From: Deltaproteobacteria bacterium
Lineage (GTDB): Bacteria > Myxococcota > Kuafuiibacteriia > Kuafuiibacteriales > Kuafuiibacteriaceae
Assembly (NCBI GenBank): GCA_040218735.1
Contig: JAVJQW010000055.1
Span: 64,001-128,000 of the forward strand
Direction: 5' to 3'
DNA length: 64,000 bases
The translations under genes and the position numbers were made by a program. Within the stretch, counting starts at the first letter, position 1, and every line of letters begins with the position of its first letter. The notes beneath the pieces were generated by a model that was not told the DNA's origin, searched no databases, and saw nothing but the letters and a program-made list of their open reading frames with translations. Of this stretch, positions 20,303 through 29,795 are shown piece after piece.

Positions 20303-21766
20303 GTGAGCGAGACCGCGAGCGTTCCGGATCCCTCGTCCGACAAACCGAGCATGAGGCGCCGCGCGATCCGCGGGAGCGTCGTCGCGGCGGGCGGGCAGGG
20401 CGTGAGCATGGTGCTCCGGTTCGCCTCGAACTGGATGGTCGCGCAGCTTCTGCTGCCGGACATGCTGGGCCTCGCGGGCACCGTGAACGCCGTCGTCCTC
20501 GGTCTGCAGATGATCTCCGACATCGGTGTTCACCAGAACATCGTGCAGCACGAGCGCGACGACGACGCCTTCACCGACACCGCGTTCTCCGTCAGCCTCC
20601 TCCGCGGCATCCTCCTGTTCCTGATGGGCTGCGCGCTCGCGTACCCCGCAGCCTGGTGGTACGAGCGCCCCGAGCTCGCCGCGCTGCTCCCCTTCACCGC
20701 GCTGAGCGCGCTCCTCAACAGCGCGATGCCGACCAAGTACGCGCGTTTGTCGCGCGACATGGAGCTGGTGCGCCTGACGCTCCTCAACCTCGGCTCCCAC
20801 GCGATCGGCATCGCCGTGATGGTGGCCTACGCCTACGTGTTCCGGTCGGTCTGGGCGCTGGTGCTCGGCGCGGTCGTGACCGCGGGGGCGAAGTGGTTCC
20901 TCTCCGTCGTCGCGATCCCCGGCCGCATGAATCGGTTCGCTTGGGAGCCGGAGGCGGTCCGCGACCTGATCAACTTCGGCAAGTGGGTCTTCCTCAGCAC
21001 GCTGCTGATGTACGTGTCGCGCCACTTCGATCAGCTGGTGATCCCGAAGCTCGAGAACATGGGGGTGGCGGGGGTGTACGGCATCGCGGTGAGCCTCGCG
21101 ATGACGCCGCTGTTCCTCGGCGGCGCGGTGATCGGCCAGGTGTTGTTCCCCGCGCTCGCGGAGTCGAAGCGTGTCGACGCGGAGACGTTCCAGCGACGCT
21201 TCGACAAGGCGCGCAACGTGATGCTGCCGCTGCACATCTACGTCTGCGCGGGTGTCGCGCTCGGGTCGGCGCCGCTGATCCGCATCTACAAACCGGTCTA
21301 CGCCGACGCCGCGTGGATGTGTCAGCTGCTCACGCTGTCGATGTGGTTCCAGTATCTGCAGGAGGCGTGGACGCAGGCGCTCGTCGCCGTCGGTGATACC
21401 CGCTCGCAGGCGATCTCCAACGCGGTGCGCGTGGTGATCATGGTGCCGCTGATCCTGATCGGCTTCGAGGTCGCGGAGGTCCCCGGGTTGATCCTCGGCG
21501 GCGCGCTCGGTGCGATCTCCGGGTACGCCGTGGTCGGGTGGCGGATCCGACGTCTCGGTTTGCGAGTGTTCGGTCCCGATACGAAGGCGTTCTTCGTGTT
21601 CGTCATCCTCGCGGGCGGCGGTGCGTACGCGCCGTACGTGATCGCCGAGCAGACCGGCGTCGACGCGCTCTGGCCGCAGCTCGGCATCGGCGGCGCCATC
21701 GGGGTCGCCCTCAGCGCGTACCTCTACGTGAAGGTTCTCCCGCGCCTCCGCGGCAGCGCGGCGTAG
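20303..21766 (+). CDS. Wzx-type oligosaccharide flippase
   Basis: Multi-TM MOP-family pattern: LLLPDMLGL, SDIGV, LINFGKWVFLST, DQLVIPKL, GVYGIA. Confidence 0.88.
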   Translation: MSETASVPDPSSDKPSMRRRAIRGSVVAAGGQGVSMVLRFASNWMVAQLLLPDMLGLAGTVNAVVLGLQMISDIGVHQNIVQHERDDDAFTDTAFSVSLLRGILLFLMGCALAYPAAWWYERPELAALLPFTALSALLNSAMPTKYARLSRDMELVRLTLLNLGSHAIGIAVMVAYAYVFRSVWALVLGAVVTAGAKWFLSVVAIPGRMNRFAWEPEAVRDLINFGKWVFLSTLLMYVSRHFDQLVIPKLENMGVAGVYGIAVSLAMTPLFLGGAVIGQVLFPALAESKRVDAETFQRRFDKARNVMLPLHIYVCAGVALGSAPLIRIYKPVYADAAWMCQLLTLSMWFQYLQEAWTQALVAVGDTRSQAISNAVRVVIMVPLILIGFEVAEVPGLILGGALGAISGYAVVGWRIRRLGLRVFGPDTKAFFVFVILAGGGAYAPYVIAEQTGVDALWPQLGIGGAIGVALSAYLYVKVLPRLRGSAA

Positions 21767-21938
21767 ACGTCGCAGGTCACCAACCCACGGCGGGCGCAAA
21801 CGCCAGGACGGGGAGGTCGAACGTCGCGCCCGTCGTTCGAGCTGGTCATCTCACGCGGCGCCGCGAGAAGCGCAGGTTGTCTTGCGAAGCGCGCGAAGGA
21901 GCCGCAACTCGAGCGCCCCCGGCGCCGATAACGTCGAT

Positions 21939-22493
21939 GTGGGGTCTGGCGCGCGCATCGAGAACGTTCGAGCGCCTTCCCCGCTCCGTTTCGAGGAGAT
22001 CGGCACGACCGACGCGTCGCGCAAGTACACGCTCCCCGATGCTCCGGCCGACGTCCCGAAGCGCACCAACGCGGCGCGTCACCCGGGCGCGGGGTGGCAG
22101 CTCCTTCGGAGGCTGAAGACGATGGCGGTGGTCGGCGCGGTCGCCGCGCTCTCGCTCGGCATGACGACCGGCGCCGCGCTCGCTGACTCCTGCGACGTCC
22201 CGGCCGCCGAAGCACGCACGATGGAGCGCGAAGAGGTCGTGTTGCGCGAGAGCCTGTGCCGCTACGTGCAGTCGGACTTCGGCGGAGACTGGGACGCCGC
22301 CTGGCGCCACCACGCGGGCGCCGACGATCGCGTCGACCGCGGTGAGCTTCGGCAGTTGTTGAAGGACGCGGACGTCGGCGGAGGTTTCACACGCGGGTTC
22401 TGGGTGAACGGCGTGCTCGAGAAGTTCGACGGCGTCGGTGGCCCGCAGAACGGAGCGATCGATCGCAGCGAGCTCGACGCCGCGCTCGACTAA
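21939..22493 (+). CDS. EF-hand-like small exported protein
   Basis: Hydrophobic segment ending AALA; EF-hand-like loops DDRVDRGEL and GPQNGAIDRSELD. Start uncertain (21882, 21939 or 22121). Confidence 0.6.
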   Translation: MGSGARIENVRAPSPLRFEEIGTTDASRKYTLPDAPADVPKRTNAARHPGAGWQLLRRLKTMAVVGAVAALSLGMTTGAALADSCDVPAAEARTMEREEVVLRESLCRYVQSDFGGDWDAAWRHHAGADDRVDRGELRQLLKDADVGGGFTRGFWVNGVLEKFDGVGGPQNGAIDRSELDAALD

Positions 22494-24157
22494 CCCATCG
22501 CCACGAGCGCGGTGTCCTCCAGCGACACGTCGTCGCGGATCATGTCCACGCCGCGCTGCGCGAACCGGTTCGCCACCGCGATCGCGCGCCGCCCGTGTTT
22601 GTTCGCTCGGCACCAGTCGGCGTGCTCGATCATCAGCGCGAGCTCCAACGTGCGTCCGAGCGTCATCGCGAAGCGGCGCGCGCCGCCTTCGAGACCGTCG
22701 CGCGAAGCGAGGTTCGCCTCGAGCCACGACTGCGCGTGTTGCATCGAGCGCTTCGCGGTGTCGACGGCGCCCTTGAGCTCGGCGTCGCTTGCGTTCGACA
22801 CGCGGCGATCGATCGCCTGCAGCACCACGCCCAACGAGTTGTCCTTCGCGAGCGCGCGCAGCGTGTCGAGGGACAGCACGTTCGTCGTGCCCTCCCAGAT
22901 CGGGAGCACCTGCGCGTCCGCGAGCAGCCGCGGCAGGCCCGTGTCCTCCACGTACCCCGCGCCGCCGAACGCCTCCAGCGTCTCCGACGCGACCGCGACG
23001 CCCTGCTTCGCGGTGGTGAGCTTCGTGATCGGCGTGAGCGCGCGAAGGAGCTGCCGGTCCGCGTCCGTCCCGTCGCCGTGTTCGAGCTGGCCGATCAACG
23101 TCACCGTCGCAAACGCGAGGTGGAACGCCGCCTCCGCCTCCGCGGCCATGTCCGCGAGGGTGTCGAGGTGCAGCGGCTTCTTCTCCAGGTACGCGCCGAA
23201 GGCGTGGCGGCGCTTCGCGTAGTCCCGCGCGAGCGCGAGCCCTCGGCGCGTCCCCCACGCGGCCGCAACCGCGTTCCACGTGCGGGTGATGTTGAGCATC
23301 GAGGAGATGTTCTTGATGCCGTCGGTCGTGCCGATCACCGGCGTCGCGAAGCAGCGGTCGAGCGTGAGCTCGGCGGTCGGGACCTTCTTCGTCCCGAACT
23401 TCTCTTTGAGCCGATTGATCTGGATGCCGTTGAGCGCGCCGCGATCGTCGCGCGTCTCCACGTAGAACAGCGCCAGCCCACGACCCCCCTCCGGGTTGCC
23501 CTCGGGGCGGCCCAGCGTCAGCGCCATCTCGGACGTCGTCGCGCTCGTGAACCACTTCGTGCCGTACAGGTGAAAGCCGCCGTCCGCCGCCTTCGCGATC
23601 GTCTCGGACTTGCCGACGTCCGAACCGCCCGTGCGCTCCGTCATCCACTGACCGGACGTCCACATCGTCGCCGGGTCGCGTGACAGCAGACGGGGAAGGG
23701 CGCGCTCCATCACCGCTTCGTTGTTCGTGTCGCGCAGCGTGCGCGCCGCGCCGTCGGTCATCGCGAGGGGGCAGGAGTAGATGTCGAGCGACGCCTGCAC
23801 GAGGTAGTTCATCAAGAACTGGTGCACGCGGTCGAAGCGACCGTGGCTCCCCTCATAACCCGCCGCCACCAGGCCGTGCTCCGCCGACAGCCGCTGCGCG
23901 CGCTGCCAGAGCGGGGTGAGCTCGATCTGGTCGATCCGGTTGCCCCACGGATCCCACTGCACGAGCGTGGGTTCGTTCGTGCGGTCCGCGAGCATCGCCT
24001 CGTAGAGGTCGCCGCCGGCGAGATCTCCGAGGTGGCGGTACTCCGCGTCGACCTTCATCCGCACGTCGTCCGGGAGCACACGTTGGACGAATTCGCGGGC
24101 GAGGGGATCCTCGTCGAACTGGTTGCCGAGCCTCGGGGGTGCCTGGAAGAACGCCAC
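22490..24157 (-). CDS. Acyl-CoA dehydrogenase, AidB/ACAD11-like subfamily
   Basis: SCPLAMTDGA, SGQWMTERTGGSDV, GTKWFTS, RLKEKFGT, QVLPIWEGTTNVL. Confidence 0.92.
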   Translation of the reverse strand: MAFFQAPPRLGNQFDEDPLAREFVQRVLPDDVRMKVDAEYRHLGDLAGGDLYEAMLADRTNEPTLVQWDPWGNRIDQIELTPLWQRAQRLSAEHGLVAAGYEGSHGRFDRVHQFLMNYLVQASLDIYSCPLAMTDGAARTLRDTNNEAVMERALPRLLSRDPATMWTSGQWMTERTGGSDVGKSETIAKAADGGFHLYGTKWFTSATTSEMALTLGRPEGNPEGGRGLALFYVETRDDRGALNGIQINRLKEKFGTKKVPTAELTLDRCFATPVIGTTDGIKNISSMLNITRTWNAVAAAWGTRRGLALARDYAKRRHAFGAYLEKKPLHLDTLADMAAEAEAAFHLAFATVTLIGQLEHGDGTDADRQLLRALTPITKLTTAKQGVAVASETLEAFGGAGYVEDTGLPRLLADAQVLPIWEGTTNVLSLDTLRALAKDNSLGVVLQAIDRRVSNASDAELKGAVDTAKRSMQHAQSWLEANLASRDGLEGGARRFAMTLGRTLELALMIEHADWCRANKHGRRAIAVANRFAQRGVDMIRDDVSLEDTALVAMG

Positions 24158-24236
24158 GGGCCCCAGCGTTATCCACTGCGACGCGCCGCGTCCAGCGACT
24201 CGGAACCGACGGCGTTGTATCCTCTGGGACCTTCGG

Positions 24237-27200
24237 ATGACGCCCCGCCGCCTCAGCCCCGTCTTCGCTCTGCTCGCGCTCGCTTGCGCGGGCCAACCCA
24301 AGACGGGCGGGCCGACGACGGGGGGCGACGCGCTGCCCCCGCTCCCGACCACCGCGCCGACGGCGTTCGAGGGCATACCGGTCGAGGTCACCGCCGAGGA
24401 GGCGCGCTACACGTTCGACGGCAAGGGCCGCAAGACGTTCACCTACCGCCTGACCTACCGCGTCCGTAGTGTCGCCGCGCTCGAGAAGTGGGGCACGATC
24501 TCCGCCGACTGGACGCCGTGGTACCAGGACCGCCCGCTGCTGAAGGCGACCGTCACCACCGCCGGCGGAAGGACGTTCGAGCTCGACCCCAAGAGCCTCG
24601 CGGAGCAACCCGTCGGGTCGCGCGATCGCCTGCTGTACTCGGACCGCCGTCGCCTCGTCGCGCCGCTCCCCGGATTGGAGGTCGGCGCGCTCGTCGAGCA
24701 GACCACCATCGTGAAGGACCGCATCCCGTTCTTCGCGGAGGGGGTGCTCGGCCGCTTCTACTTCGGGCTCGCCGTCCCGGTGTTCAACTCGCGGTTGATC
24801 CTCGACGCTCCCGAGGACACCCCGCTCGCGTTCGAGGTCCGCGGCAAGGAGCTCGTCGCCGACGACACCACCGAGGGAGGCCGTCGCGTCGTCACCTTCG
24901 AGACCGGGTTGCTGCTCCCGCAGGGGGCGTTCGAGCCGCTGCTCCCGCCGGAGGCGCCGCGGTACCCGTACGTCGCGTTCTCCACCGCGCGCTCCTGGCA
25001 GGACGTCGCCGCCCGCTACGGCGCGCTCGTCGAGCGGCAGATCCTCGGCGCGAACGTGACGGAGCTGGTCGAGGGCATCGACGTCGAAGCGATGCCGCGC
25101 GACGAGGTCATTCGTCTGCTCGTGCAGCGCCTTCACAAACGTGTGCGTTACACGGGCATCGAGTTCGGCAAGCAGGCGATCGTTCCGTGGCGGCCCGCGG
25201 AGACGCTCGGGCGCGGCTACGGCGACTGTAAGGACAAGAGCGCGCTGCTCGTCGCGATGCTGCGCGCGAAGGGGATCGAGGCGAACGTCGCGATCCTCAA
25301 GGCGGGCTACGGTGAGGACGTACGCCCCGCGCTGCCGGGGCTGGAGGCGTTCAACCACGCGATCGTCCACGTGCCCGGGGAACGCCCGCTGTGGATCGAC
25401 GCCACCGCGAACCTCACCCCCGTCGGCGAGATCCCGACGTCGGTGCAGGGGCGCCGCGCGCTGGTGGCGTCGTTCGACTCGACCGAGCTGGTCGAGGTGC
25501 CGGAGCACCCGGTGTCTCACGCGCGGTACCTCGAGGAGCGCACGATCAAGATGTCCGAGTGGGGCACCGCGACGATCGTCGAACGCACGACCGCGACCGG
25601 CGCGATGCAAGACAAGTTGCGCGTGCAGTACAGCTCGGCGCCGCGTGAGGGCATTCGGTCGGCGCTCAACAAGTACGTCACGAGCACCTACAAGGCCGTG
25701 GGGCTGACGCGCTTCGCGATGTCCGAGCCGATGGACGTCGCGACCCCGTTCGAGCTGGAGGTCGAGGCGATCGGCGCGCGTGTCGCGTCGACCGACGCAC
25801 GCAAGGCCTCCGTGCAGCTCCGCACCGCCGTACTGTTCTCCTGGATCCCCGAAGAGCTACGGCTCGCGGCGCTCGCGGAGGTCGATGAAGCCGATCGCGA
25901 CCGGCAGGTCGCCGCCGAGGCGATCCTCGGCCGCAAGAACGACCTCGAGATCTTCGAGCCCTACGTGGCGCAGATCCGTTACGTGGTGAAGGTCCCGAAG
26001 GGGTTCGAGGTCCGCGAGGTCCCGCAGGACCGGCGGTACGCGATGGGGCCGGCGTACTTCGACGCGAAGTACGAGGTCGGCGCCGAGGAGATCGTCGCGA
26101 CCTTCACCGTCGACCTCGCCAAGCGGCGCTACTCCGCCGACGAGGCGCGGGCGTTCGTCACCGGGCTGTACACGGTGTTCGACAGCCCCATCGAGCGCCT
26201 CGAGCTCGTACACCGCGGCGCACGCCTGCTCGCCGACGGCGACAACAAAGCCGCGCTCGAAGCCTACCGGGGCCTGATCGTCGCCGAGCCCGACGTCGCC
26301 TACCACCACGCGCGCCTCGCCGACGCGTACCTCTCCCTCGGCCTCGGTGCGCCAGCGCGCGAAGCGGCCGAGGAGGCGCAGCGGCTCGGGTCGGGTTCGG
26401 CCGAGGTGATGTACGCGGTCGCGCGGGTGTTCGCGCACGATCTGTTCGGACGCCCCTACGCACCCGGCTTCGACAAGGCGCGCGCCACCGCCGCGTACCA
26501 GCGGGTGCTCGACCTACAGCCCGACCGCCACGAAGCGCGCTTCGCGCTCGCGGTGACGATGGAGCACAGCGCGGACGGCGTTCGTTACGGCGACATCGAA
26601 GGCACGAAGGAAGCGGTCGAGCTGTACCGTCGACTCCCGCGCGGCGACGGCCATCCGAACCACGACAACAACCTCCTCATCGCGCTCAACGAAGCGCAGG
26701 ACTACGAAGGCCTCCTCGAAGCCGCGTCGATCGCCGAGCGATCCAAGCTCCGCGACACCCTCCTCGTCGCGGCGACCGCGATGACCGACGGGACCCGCGC
26801 AGCCTTCGAAGCGCTCGACGGGCTCGGCCTCGACCCCGACACCCGGCAGGCGATCGCGTCCGAAGTTGCGACGTCGCTCTCGCACAAACGCCACTACGAA
26901 GAGGCGCGCGCGATGTTGGAGCGCTTCGCGCGCAACGCGAAGGACCCGATCGCCATGCAGCAGCGCATCGCGACGCTCGCGCGGCTGCGTCGCCACGACC
27001 TCCCGGACGGACCGCCGCGCACACCGGTCGATGTCGTGCAGCGGGTGCTGTCCGCGATGTTCCATCCGACCGTGGATCGCGAGCGACTGAAGACGTTGTT
27101 CGCGGACCTGCAGGACGACGGCGCGCTGGAGTCCGAGGTCGAGCGGCTGACGGCGGGCTCCGCCGCGTTCACCAAGGCGGCGCGGACATCCGGGCTTCCG

Positions 27201-28346
27201 GCGCCGATGATGCGCGACCACGTCCTCGCGATGACGAAGTTCTTCGTCGAGGGGGACGACCGCACCGGTTACCGCGTGAGCGGCCGGGTCGTCGGGTCGG
27301 GCGGCCAGCGCACCACGTGGTGGTTCGTCGTGAAGGAGAAGGGCGCGTACCGGCTGCGCGCGAGCGAGGCGAGCCTGTCGTCGGTCGGTGAGGAGGCGCT
27401 GCACCTGTTCCGCCGCAAGAAGACCCGCGCCGCGCGTCAGTGGTTGAACTGGGCGAAGGAGGTCGTCCCGTACCGCGGGGGCGCCGACGTCCTGGAGCGC
27501 CACCCGTTCCTCGCGTTGTGGAGCGCGGGGCGTGGGCCGCTCGCCGCTTCGGCGGCGGCGCTCGCTGCGACGGGACCGCGCGGACACAAGGTGGTGGACG
27601 AGCTGGAGAAGGCGCGCCGTCGTCACAACGCGCCCGAGGTTCGGCGCCACATCGATCACGCCATCCTGATCGCGCTCGCGGAGACGGACCGGCACCAGGA
27701 GCGCTTGGAGGTTGCGCAGCGCCTCTACCGTCAGCTCCCCACGTCCGCGCTGGCGTTCGACTACTACTGTCGTGCGTTGCTCCAGGCGGGGCAGGGCAAG
27801 AAGGCGAAGAAGCTCCTCGCGCAGCGCGTCGACGAAGAACCGCGTGACGCCGTCGCTCGCGCTCGCCTCTCCGACACCCTCCTGGAGCTCGGCGAGACGA
27901 AGGCCGCCGACGCCTTGATGCGCGAGACCATCCGCCTCGGTGTCGCGACGCCGAGCACGTACAACAACCTCGCCTGGTTGCAGCTGTTCACGGGCGCCAT
28001 CGACGCCGACGACGTCGAGCTCGCGGTCGAAGCGAACACGATGACGCAGTTCGAGACGCCGAGTTTCCTGCACACCCTCGCGGCGCTCTACGCGGAGGTC
28101 GGCAAGACGACCGAGGCGTACTCGCTGGTGCTCCGGCGCATGGACCTGAACGGACAAACGACGCCCGAGAGCGCGGACTGGTACCTGATCGGGCTCGTGA
28201 TGGAGTCCTACGGGCTGACGCGCTGGGCGAAGGAAGCGTACGAGCGCGTCGAGGACGACGAGGCGCGGAGCCTCGACTCGACGTTTGCTCTAGCGCAGAA
28301 GAAGCTCGACCGGCTGCGTCGGGTCGGCGCGGGAAAACGAATCTGA
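24237..28346 (+). CDS. Lipoprotein with DUF3857 + transglutaminase-like domain + TPR repeats
   Basis: Lipobox LALAC; intact Cys-His-Asp motifs GDCKDKS, FNHAI and WIDAT; TPR helices (TYNNLAWLQL, LHTLAALYAEVG). Confidence 0.9.
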   Translation: MTPRRLSPVFALLALACAGQPKTGGPTTGGDALPPLPTTAPTAFEGIPVEVTAEEARYTFDGKGRKTFTYRLTYRVRSVAALEKWGTISADWTPWYQDRPLLKATVTTAGGRTFELDPKSLAEQPVGSRDRLLYSDRRRLVAPLPGLEVGALVEQTTIVKDRIPFFAEGVLGRFYFGLAVPVFNSRLILDAPEDTPLAFEVRGKELVADDTTEGGRRVVTFETGLLLPQGAFEPLLPPEAPRYPYVAFSTARSWQDVAARYGALVERQILGANVTELVEGIDVEAMPRDEVIRLLVQRLHKRVRYTGIEFGKQAIVPWRPAETLGRGYGDCKDKSALLVAMLRAKGIEANVAILKAGYGEDVRPALPGLEAFNHAIVHVPGERPLWIDATANLTPVGEIPTSVQGRRALVASFDSTELVEVPEHPVSHARYLEERTIKMSEWGTATIVERTTATGAMQDKLRVQYSSAPREGIRSALNKYVTSTYKAVGLTRFAMSEPMDVATPFELEVEAIGARVASTDARKASVQLRTAVLFSWIPEELRLAALAEVDEADRDRQVAAEAILGRKNDLEIFEPYVAQIRYVVKVPKGFEVREVPQDRRYAMGPAYFDAKYEVGAEEIVATFTVDLAKRRYSADEARAFVTGLYTVFDSPIERLELVHRGARLLADGDNKAALEAYRGLIVAEPDVAYHHARLADAYLSLGLGAPAREAAEEAQRLGSGSAEVMYAVARVFAHDLFGRPYAPGFDKARATAAYQRVLDLQPDRHEARFALAVTMEHSADGVRYGDIEGTKEAVELYRRLPRGDGHPNHDNNLLIALNEAQDYEGLLEAASIAERSKLRDTLLVAATAMTDGTRAAFEALDGLGLDPDTRQAIASEVATSLSHKRHYEEARAMLERFARNAKDPIAMQQRIATLARLRRHDLPDGPPRTPVDVVQRVLSAMFHPTVDRERLKTLFADLQDDGALESEVERLTAGSAAFTKAARTSGLPAPMMRDHVLAMTKFFVEGDDRTGYRVSGRVVGSGGQRTTWWFVVKEKGAYRLRASEASLSSVGEEALHLFRRKKTRAARQWLNWAKEVVPYRGGADVLERHPFLALWSAGRGPLAASAAALAATGPRGHKVVDELEKARRRHNAPEVRRHIDHAILIALAETDRHQERLEVAQRLYRQLPTSALAFDYYCRALLQAGQGKKAKKLLAQRVDEEPRDAVARARLSDTLLELGETKAADALMRETIRLGVATPSTYNNLAWLQLFTGAIDADDVELAVEANTMTQFETPSFLHTLAALYAEVGKTTEAYSLVLRRMDLNGQTTPESADWYLIGLVMESYGLTRWAKEAYERVEDDEARSLDSTFALAQKKLDRLRRVGAGKRI

Positions 28347-28789
28347 TGGGACAGCTCGATGCTCGCCGCGCCGCGGAGCGCGCCGACCGCGACCGGCGCG
28401 CGGTGCTCGCGTTCTTCACGGCCTTCGCGTCCGCGCGCTTCGAGGCCGCGCGAGAGAAGACGGCACCGGGCTTCACGTGGTTCGGCAAGGCGATCAACGC
28501 GGCCGACTGGGCGGGGGACAAGCTGAAGCGCTACGTCGCCGACGCCGCGCTGACCGCGCAGACCGCACGCGAGGTGCCCGCGGACATCGTCGACCGGTGG
28601 GTACGCGCCGACGCGGAGCGACTCTGCGACGGTGCGCTCGACGCCGAGGATTCGTTGGTGCTGGTCGACATCGACCGCGGTGGCGCGAGTTCGACGTGCG
28701 GCGTGGTCGTCACCCGCGACGCCCGGGTGCGGCGGGTCTTCGACCCCGAAGCGCTGCGGGCCGCGCTCGCGAACGCGAGCCCGAATTGA
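28346..28789 (+). CDS. Hypothetical protein (possibly NTF2/SnoaL-like)
   Basis: TGATG coupling to the upstream gene; AVLAFFTAFASARFEAA...FTWFG pattern. Confidence 0.6.
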   Translation: MGQLDARRAAERADRDRRAVLAFFTAFASARFEAAREKTAPGFTWFGKAINAADWAGDKLKRYVADAALTAQTAREVPADIVDRWVRADAERLCDGALDAEDSLVLVDIDRGGASSTCGVVVTRDARVRRVFDPEALRAALANASPN

Positions 28790-28829
28790 TTTCGGCGCGC
28801 GGCGCGGGCACGCTGACGCCGCGCTCGCC

Positions 28830-29237
28830 ATGGACTACCTCATCGTCGACATGACGCGTGTGCTGCGCGAGACGGACCACGGGAAGGCGGCGCACAGCTC
28901 GCTGGAGAAGCTCGTCGAGCGGACCCAGGCGCAGGAGGCGACGTTGAGGGAGAAGGTCGAGCAGGCGACCGGCGCCGCCGCCGCGCGGGAGGCGAAGACC
29001 AAGTACCTGGAGTTCACCCAGGCGCGCGGCCAGGAGCTCGAGCGGCGTCGTGCAGCGCTGGAGAGCGCGCTGGTGCGGGTCGCGAACGCCGCGGTGCGGA
29101 GCATCGCAGAGGAGCGCGGCGTCGAGCTGGTGCTCGAGCGCGCTTCGGTCCTGCATTTTCCAGAGGATGCGGATGTCACCGAGCTGGTGATCGCGAAGGT
29201 GAATTCGGTGAAGTTGGGCGCCCGCGAAGCGGGTTAG
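28830..29237 (+). CDS. OmpH/Skp-family chaperone-like protein (no signal peptide seen)
   Basis: LIVDMTRVLRETDHGKAA, coiled coil, then AVRSIAEERGVELVLE...DVTELVIAKVN. Confidence 0.8.
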   Translation: MDYLIVDMTRVLRETDHGKAAHSSLEKLVERTQAQEATLREKVEQATGAAAAREAKTKYLEFTQARGQELERRRAALESALVRVANAAVRSIAEERGVELVLERASVLHFPEDADVTELVIAKVNSVKLGAREAG

Positions 29238-29509
29238 CCGCCGATGGTCTCGCGACGCCGCACGGCCTCGTGGAAGAGGGCCAGCTGCTCGGCGGCGCGG
29301 TCGAGGGCTTCGAAGGCCTCCGACAGCTCTTGGTACTCCGAGGTCCACTCGGTCTCGAAGTAGCGGTTCTTGCTCGCGGCCTCCACGGCTCCGCGCGCTC
29401 GCTTGGCGAGCTGCTCGAGCCAGCCGCGGACGACGTCACCCTCGAAGAAGATCCCGTCGGCCCGGTCCAGGAGGTCTTTCGCGTTCACTCGTTCGGTTCG
29501 TCCGGCCAT
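29234..29509 (-). CDS. Small helical hypothetical protein (91 aa)
   Basis: Good codon bias, AAGGAG upstream, amphipathic helices. Confidence 0.7.
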   Translation of the reverse strand: MAGRTERVNAKDLLDRADGIFFEGDVVRGWLEQLAKRARGAVEAASKNRYFETEWTSEYQELSEAFEALDRAAEQLALFHEAVRRRETIGG

Positions 29510-29617
29510 GGTTGTCTCATTGCTCCTTTGGGGTCTTCGAATCGCCGCGATGGGCGCCGACCCACGTGATTGGTGGGATCAAGATGCGGGCTACGCGTGA
29601 GGACGTCAAGGCCCGAA

Positions 29618-29665
29618 GGCCCATATGTGGGGGGGCACGGGCGCTCGACCCCCCATATGGTGGAG
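29618..29665. promoter_or_regulatory. Tandem NrdR-box-like operator pair
   Basis: GGCCCATATGTGGGGG (29618-29633) and CCCCCATATGGTGGAG (29650-29665); CCATATG cores 32 bp apart. Confidence 0.5.
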
Positions 29666-29712
29666 TAGGCCTTCGACCTTCATCGGGGAAACATCGCAGA
29701 TCGATCCACCTC

Positions 29713-29744
29713 AGATCCGTTCCGTAAGTCTTCGAGATCCGTTC
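29713..29744. repeat. 10-bp direct repeat AGATCCGTTC x2, 22-bp period
   Basis: Exact copies at 29713-29722 and 29735-29744 in a divergent intergenic region. Confidence 0.65.
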
Positions 29745-29795
29745 GTGATCGTTTGTCTCACCCCACGGAGCCGACTAACGTCCGCGGCTCGCGTC

